Shown: positions 35,101 through 38,342 of the stretch, piece by piece
Position numbering within the stretch: position 1 is the stretch's first letter
Layout of the letters: each line of letters starts with the position of its first letter
Virus record (IMG/VR): IMGVR_UViG_3300038321_000169
Location: 1 to 38,342 of that record
DNA length: 38,342 nt
Direction: 5' to 3' (one strand)
DNA from: a virus
Taxonomy: Duplodnaviria > Caudoviricetes
The notes under the pieces: generated by a model
Databases searched by the model: none
What the model saw: only the letters and a program-made list of their open reading frames with translations
What the model was told of the DNA's origin: nothing
Made by a program: the position numbers and the translations under genes

Positions 35101-35343
35101 ATATACGAAGTAAGTGCCGCTGTAAATATGACAGCAGGATCTTTAGAAGGTGTACAAAATTCTAGCAATAGTGATAATTTAGCTAACACCATAAGCTCAG
35201 CTATATTAGGAAGTGCACAGAATACAGAAGGTGGAGACACAACGATAATAGTAAAAATTGGAGAAGACACCTTGGCTGAAAAAGTTGTAAGTAACATAAA
35301 TAGAAAATCACGCTCAAGTGGCGAAGCAATAATAGAGATATAG
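32200..35343 (+). CDS. Tape measure protein (1047 aa)
   Basis: Long helical protein, VGTIELDV start, LAPFDEINQL, HSPAKKGP; GTG 32200 after AAAGGTGGTGA. Confidence 0.9.
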   Translation: MADDVTTVGTIELDVEFSDASISKEMEKLDKVISGSDLTAGFKNSIDGLVKGLNDFVKKDITNLTNSIKESMDELAELNKPLEVDTSQTENKLLSMFRRINIFARESVDKTTNDIRNFGQVGAESGNQAAKGIKQLKSELKETEDQINETKEAIERLSYAKQKYADNEGKLSDKTYDASISNQEKQLAGLESKASTLKQEITQLGNETENSGRKLSFFGRKNDEAGNSAEKASLKTRLFGNEMKNTSSKANGLASVINRSFKSILRRLFIYNVIMKGIRGVMDYMWAAMQTNAQFVASLNQIRTNLIVAFQPIFEFVLPALNALMHGIAVVTTYIATAISALFGKTYKQSFNAAKGMNNTIKSMKNVGKATEKTGKKAKKAGKAAKKAGEEAKKALAPFDEINQLDLGKDKGTGADDIPDVPSPGGGGSGGVPGFEMAMPDMAQIDMSGIDKFKEIMSKIFEPFKLAWENEGQATIDAMKYALTGIWELAIEIGKSWLEVWTNGTGQAILETILRILQNILGKIGDMARSFTAAWIEGGRGTAIMQHLHNIILHVLTLVERLTESNRKMWGEYGDTLARVFLETLKNILGVFDHLGEKLIWVWDHGGQHLFEGLSRLLAKIIELAGYVINSFVIPFAHGFIEIAAPAVAGLLDIIGYLLDIFTHLIGYLLGEGKPVLDIIVTVLRDMAAAFLIVKGAILAKQAIMIVYTGVVKLAQIAVLGFKTVIAALTSPMGLAVIAVMGIIAALRHMGVTFDDVKKGVKKFVKAVVAPFEWLYDVLVGHSIVPDLMDGIDGCFGGMFKKVTDTTGNLVNKVVGFFSSLKESSKNIWNKIADFMTNPIDKAKEGISSKVSSLKTSVTGKWGQIRSGISNMRNNLINAMMSPFKAADSQINGVVKNAKNWGRNLISNFTDGIHSMTRRVRDAVSNVASIVSDFLGFHSPAKKGPGAEADKWMPNLMGMLADGIEDNIYEVSAAVNMTAGSLEGVQNSSNSDNLANTISSAILGSAQNTEGGDTTIIVKIGEDTLAEKVVSNINRKSRSSGEAIIEI

Positions 35344-35354
35344 GAGGTGTAGGC

Positions 35355-35693
35355 ATGCCTATGATAAAAATAAATGGTGTAGGATTACCTGCACCTACTA
35401 AAATTAATATACCTAGATTTGATTTAGATTCTGGAGATACTACAAGGAATGAAGCGGGATATATGCAAAGAGATAGAATTAGGCAAGGAATTTATAAGAT
35501 AGAGCTTGAATTTAGAATGTTAACTAGTGCAGAAGTAAATAAAATAGAATCTTTAATACAACCATCAAGCGTGAGTGTTACTTTTCCAACTCCAAGGGGA
35601 ATGGTAACAAAAAGAATGTATGCAGGGGATAGAAAAATAGATATGGTAGTTGATAGCTGTTGGAACATGTCTTTTAATTTAATCGAGTACTAA
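35355..35693 (+). CDS. Distal tail (Dit-like) protein
   Basis: KINGVGLPAP...DLDS..TTRNEAGYMQRDRIR...MYAGDR...SFNLIEY; follows TMP. Confidence 0.75.
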   Translation: MPMIKINGVGLPAPTKINIPRFDLDSGDTTRNEAGYMQRDRIRQGIYKIELEFRMLTSAEVNKIESLIQPSSVSVTFPTPRGMVTKRMYAGDRKIDMVVDSCWNMSFNLIEY

Positions 35694-35705
35694 GGAGGTG
35701 ATAAA

Positions 35706-38342
35706 TTGTATCCTACAAGTGATACTTACAAAGAAAAAGTTAAAGAATTGGATAGGGTATGGGAAACTAAAGTTGACATTGAACATGAAAAAGGTACTTT
35801 ACATCTAACCGATAAAGATATAGCATTAGGTGGTATGTCTGTAACTGAAAAGACACAGCCTGGAGAGGATTTTGGCATAGGTGGTACTGTTGCTAGTGAT
35901 TTAAGCTTGAAGATATTGAATAGAACAGGTGGAGGGAATTTATTAAAAAATAAGGATTATTCTCAAGACAACGAATATCAAACTATAGTTAAGACAAATG
36001 AATCGTTTGAAGGACAACCTATTTATAAAGCAACTAAAAAGAAAAAAGGTACTCCCGCAACTCCTTTGGCTACTATAGATATACGAAAAGGCGAAACGTA
36101 TACAGCTTCTATTTGGACAAAAACAGAACAAGATGCAGAAGTATTTTTATCAATGCTTAGTTTTTATAAAAACTATCATAGAGCATTAGTGCATGGCACG
36201 AGAATTGGAGAATGGGAAAGATTAATAGTAACATATACGAACGATAGCGAAGAAGATTTAAAAGATGTTAGCGTATACTACTATCCTGCAAATGGGGAAG
36301 GTGGAGAAGTAACATATTTTACTTGTCCTAAATTAGAAAAAGGCGACCAAGCTACACCTTGGGAAGATGACTATTCAGACATAGATTTTACAGGGGCTAA
36401 AATAAAACCTTATGTGATGTTGACAGAAGATGATGAGAGAAGGAATTTAATAAGAAACAGTGATTTTAGTATCAACGATTTGTCCAGTTGGTACCCTGCA
36501 TATGGAACACATAAAATCGAAAATGAGGTGTATGTGAAAGCATTAACGAGTGATGCTAGTGCAGCCAGAACCCAATATGATACCCAGACATTGGAGCCAG
36601 GTATATATACTTTTAGTATGTTGGCAAAATCTGACAAAGGATTTAGATATGATAGATTTGATGGTACTGAATACCAAATTAAGTATATTGATGGTAATTC
36701 CAACTTTCAAAAAAGCAATATGACCTTTCGAGTCGTGGAACCACAAACGGTTACTATTAGAATGTATTTTACCAACCCCGAAGTTGGGGACACAATGGAA
36801 ATAAAATGGGTTAAATTAGAAAAAGGCGACCAAGCTACTCCATGGACACCTGCTGTTGAGGACTGGTCTGAGCCTATACCTTTAGGCATTTTCAACGTAG
36901 ATACTCAATCACGTTTCCGCAGTACAATTGAGCTTAAAGCAATGGATAACATGATTAAATTGGACAGGTCTTATTCTCACTCTAAACTAAGCTATCCAGC
37001 AACGCTCTATCAAATATATGTAGATGTTTGTTCAACTTGCAACTTATTGCCTGCCACACATAATTTCTTACACAAAGATCTATTAATAAAGAATAGGCCA
37101 GAAGGTGATTTTAGTTGTAGGGATATTTTAGGTTTTGTAGCTCAATTAAGTGGGTCTTTTGCAAAGGTAACACGTGATGGCAAAGTTGCACTGAAATGGT
37201 ATGAGCCTACAGATTTAGAATTAGGTCCTATGAACCGCTTTGAATTTAAACCTTCTGATGAGGAAATCAACATTACAGGGGTTATGTTTAAAGAAAGTGA
37301 TGATAAAGTTTATTTGACTGGTTCTGATGAGTATGCTATAGATTTGACTGAAAATCCACTTTTACAAGGTAGCTATGAAACAGTATTACCTAATATATTT
37401 AATAAAATTAAGAATATTAAATTTAACCCTTATACAGCTAAATGGCAAGGAGACCCTAGTGTCGAATCAGGCGACATGGTAAAGCATATAGATGTAGATA
37501 AAAATGAATTTAATACAATAATCACAGGCTCAACATATAAATATAGACAAGCTGGCAATATAGAAGCTAAGGCAAAATCAGAAGTTAATAAAGGATATAA
37601 GGGCTCTACAAGTAAAAAATTAGCTAATGTAGTGCAAAAGATTGAGAATAATAGAGTCGAAGTTGAAGATAAACTTACATCTGTGGAACAGGCACAACTT
37701 AATGCTATGGAATTACTTTCAAATATGTTAGGTGGACATCTAATAATAGATGAAGAGAACGCAACAATATATATAGCAAACAACTCCGATTTGGATAAGG
37801 CGACTGAATGGTGGCAATGGGGAATAGGCGGGTTTGCACATTTTAAAGATGGAGTACCAGATACGTCTATTACTGCTGATGGTTCTATTGTAGCTATGCT
37901 AGTAGCAGCTCATATTATTACTGCTGATATGGTTAGAACGGGTATTCTACAAGCAGAGGATGGAAATACGTGGATAAACTTAAACAATTCTCAATTTAAT
38001 TTTGCAAATATGATAACTTGGGATGGCAAAGAATTTAAAATAAACTTTAATAAAGCAGGATTAGCAGTTGGTGTGGCAAATTTAGTAAGAAGATCAAAAG
38101 ACAGAAAAGTTAGCTCATCCTATTTAGTTGGGACATATAATATGACAGAAGATTGGGAACTAAATACAACTTATTCCATAGCCATAAAAGGCAATATAAA
38201 CAATGGACAAGAGTTTGGAATATGGGCAAATGGTCCAGGAACGCAGGTTACTACATTAAAATATGATAAATCTGATGGATTGTATAAAGCTACATTTACA
38301 ACACCATTAAGTATAAAATCTCAAGAACCCAAAACTTTAAGA
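35706..38342 (+). CDS. Baseplate hub / tail tip-fibre protein with inserted CBM-like modules, N-terminal part (continues at 101-1333; 1289 aa if joined)
   Basis: TTG after AAGGAGGTGA; MYPTSDTYKEKVKELDR...; frame runs off contig end so it is absent from the ORF track; KLEKGDQATPW repeats. Confidence 0.82.
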   Translation, partial: MYPTSDTYKEKVKELDRVWETKVDIEHEKGTLHLTDKDIALGGMSVTEKTQPGEDFGIGGTVASDLSLKILNRTGGGNLLKNKDYSQDNEYQTIVKTNESFEGQPIYKATKKKKGTPATPLATIDIRKGETYTASIWTKTEQDAEVFLSMLSFYKNYHRALVHGTRIGEWERLIVTYTNDSEEDLKDVSVYYYPANGEGGEVTYFTCPKLEKGDQATPWEDDYSDIDFTGAKIKPYVMLTEDDERRNLIRNSDFSINDLSSWYPAYGTHKIENEVYVKALTSDASAARTQYDTQTLEPGIYTFSMLAKSDKGFRYDRFDGTEYQIKYIDGNSNFQKSNMTFRVVEPQTVTIRMYFTNPEVGDTMEIKWVKLEKGDQATPWTPAVEDWSEPIPLGIFNVDTQSRFRSTIELKAMDNMIKLDRSYSHSKLSYPATLYQIYVDVCSTCNLLPATHNFLHKDLLIKNRPEGDFSCRDILGFVAQLSGSFAKVTRDGKVALKWYEPTDLELGPMNRFEFKPSDEEINITGVMFKESDDKVYLTGSDEYAIDLTENPLLQGSYETVLPNIFNKIKNIKFNPYTAKWQGDPSVESGDMVKHIDVDKNEFNTIITGSTYKYRQAGNIEAKAKSEVNKGYKGSTSKKLANVVQKIENNRVEVEDKLTSVEQAQLNAMELLSNMLGGHLIIDEENATIYIANNSDLDKATEWWQWGIGGFAHFKDGVPDTSITADGSIVAMLVAAHIITADMVRTGILQAEDGNTWINLNNSQFNFANMITWDGKEFKINFNKAGLAVGVANLVRRSKDRKVSSSYLVGTYNMTEDWELNTTYSIAIKGNINNGQEFGIWANGPGTQVTTLKYDKSDGLYKATFTTPLSIKSQEPKTLR
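36329..36838 (+). repeat. 27-bp exact direct repeat (36329-36355, 36812-36838)
   Basis: TAAATTAGAAAAAGGCGACCAAGCTAC twice, encoding KLEKGDQAT. Confidence 0.9.
38245..38342. repeat. Terminal direct repeat (copy of 3-100)
   Basis: Exact 98-bp match. Confidence 0.95.

Noticed and set aside
1794-37783. Many 60-140 aa ORFs on the strand opposite to large genes (e.g. 1794-2051, 5432-5683, 23713-24072, 31654-32010, 34866-35297, 37430-37783)
   Set aside because: Shadow ORFs of real genes; no RBS and composition mirrors the coding strand
1-38342. CRISPR array, tRNA or rRNA genes
   Set aside because: No regularly spaced repeat-spacer pattern or cloverleaf motifs seen by eye

Overview
Apparently complete, circularly permuted genome of a temperate siphophage of a low-GC Firmicute (Clostridia/Tissierellia-like; host inferred from composition, RBS/promoter style and protein families). 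Positions 3-100 are identical to 38245-38342, so the large tail/baseplate gene starting at 35706 runs across the contig junction and ends at 1333. Gene order: tail tip - lysis (two holin-like genes, amidase endolysin) - accessory cassette - attP - tyrosine integrase - LexA-like repressor / Cro / antirepressor - recombination and replication - nucleotide metabolism and small genes - late activator - terminase, portal, head (A118-like module) - tail. Main observations: (1) an 814-nt group I intron carrying an HNH endonuclease ORF splits the GLLH|PNCRH motif of the minor capsid gene and appears to lack the P9 domain; (2) an unannotated three-gene cassette after the endolysin looks like a type I toxin-antitoxin locus with its own operator, HTH gene and antisense promoter; (3) a mutually exclusive antiterminator/terminator RNA lies ahead of the late-activator genes; (4) tandem pseudoknots precede the scaffold gene; (5) a probable +1 frameshift at CGA-TTT-CGT in the tail chaperone; (6) an SOS-box gene, an antisense sRNA unit, and a duplicated micropeptide cassette. 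All family calls are from motif recognition by eye, not database searches.
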